Position numbers and translations under genes: made by a program. Positions 63,791 through 64,000 of a stretch of 64,000 bases of DNA are shown one piece after another (position 1 is the stretch's first letter; every line of letters starts with the position of its first letter). The notes under the pieces are model-generated. The model saw only the letters and a list, made by a program, of their open reading frames with translations, was not told where the DNA came from and searched no databases. Origin of the DNA: Camelus ferus (taxonomy: Eukaryota); assembly GCF_009834535.1 (NCBI RefSeq), contig NC_045697.1, forward strand, positions 30,010,001 to 30,074,000, written 5' to 3'.

Positions 63791-64000
63791 TTCATGTCCT
63801 CTGGCCTCTGAATGGGAGGCTTCAGAGAGAGAAGAGAAGTCAGAGAAGATGACAGCTCCTGCCTGGTGTGGCAGTGGACTGAGGGGCCAAAGAAAGTTGT
63901 ATGATTCACACAAAGATGACATAATGGCCAGGAGAACTGGGATGTCTCTTAAATACATTAGATCCAACCCAAACCAGTTCCTTCCGGTTCCATTTGCAAA
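63791..64000 (+). CDS. LIMCH1: LIMCH1 alternative exon G, truncated by the window (SCPLASEWEA...RKLYDSHKDDIMARRTG...NPNQFLPVPFA)
   Basis: Acceptor gtgccctag, phase 2 start, open to the window end, KDD motif plus NQFL segment. Confidence 0.85.

Larger units (their letters stand above)
1..64000 (+). other. LIMCH1: Internal part of the LIMCH1 gene; both gene ends lie outside the window
   Basis: Spliced exons translate to [61 protein letters not shown]...[31 protein letters not shown]...[14 protein letters not shown]...GGERPF, which I recognise as LIMCH1. Placing 1-28931 in an intron is inferred because the N-terminal CH-domain exons are missing. Confidence 0.96.

Noticed and set aside
1..64000. 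The many 60-170 aa ORFs in the six-frame track as independent genes
   Set aside because: Apart from those overlapping LIMCH1 exons, they are chance ORFs in intron or decayed repeats, with no recognisable homology or exon structure

Overview
Mammalian genomic DNA lying entirely inside one + strand gene, LIMCH1 (LIM and calponin homology domains 1). Two Vic-1-like tRNA-derived SINEs point to a camelid. The first ~28.9 kb is intron filled with old MIR, L2, L1, CR1, MLT and hAT remnants. Five core exons follow (28932-29038, 34305-34335, 36312-36422, 43050-43245, 48676-48928). They splice in frame with GT-AG ends and encode the C-terminal CH domain through the start of the DUF4757 region. Next come seven extra in-frame exons (49927-50193, 57911-58198, 60638-60880, 61417-61743, 63031-63149, 63235-63346, 63791->64000) that are absent from the canonical protein as I recall it. 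Most are symmetric phase-2/2 modules, four repeat a [RK]-L-P-D-x-x-K-D-D-x-x-A-R-R motif, and several sit next to RBFOX, MBNL or QKI motifs. Also seen: an internal alternative first exon (MDSERRVK), a candidate 39-nt in-frame microexon, a junction-created uORF, and an inverted SINE pair bracketing two exons. I see no evidence of a wholly new biological system, CRISPR array, intact mobile element or foreign insert; the interest lies in isoform architecture. Repeat families and boundaries were called by eye and are approximate.
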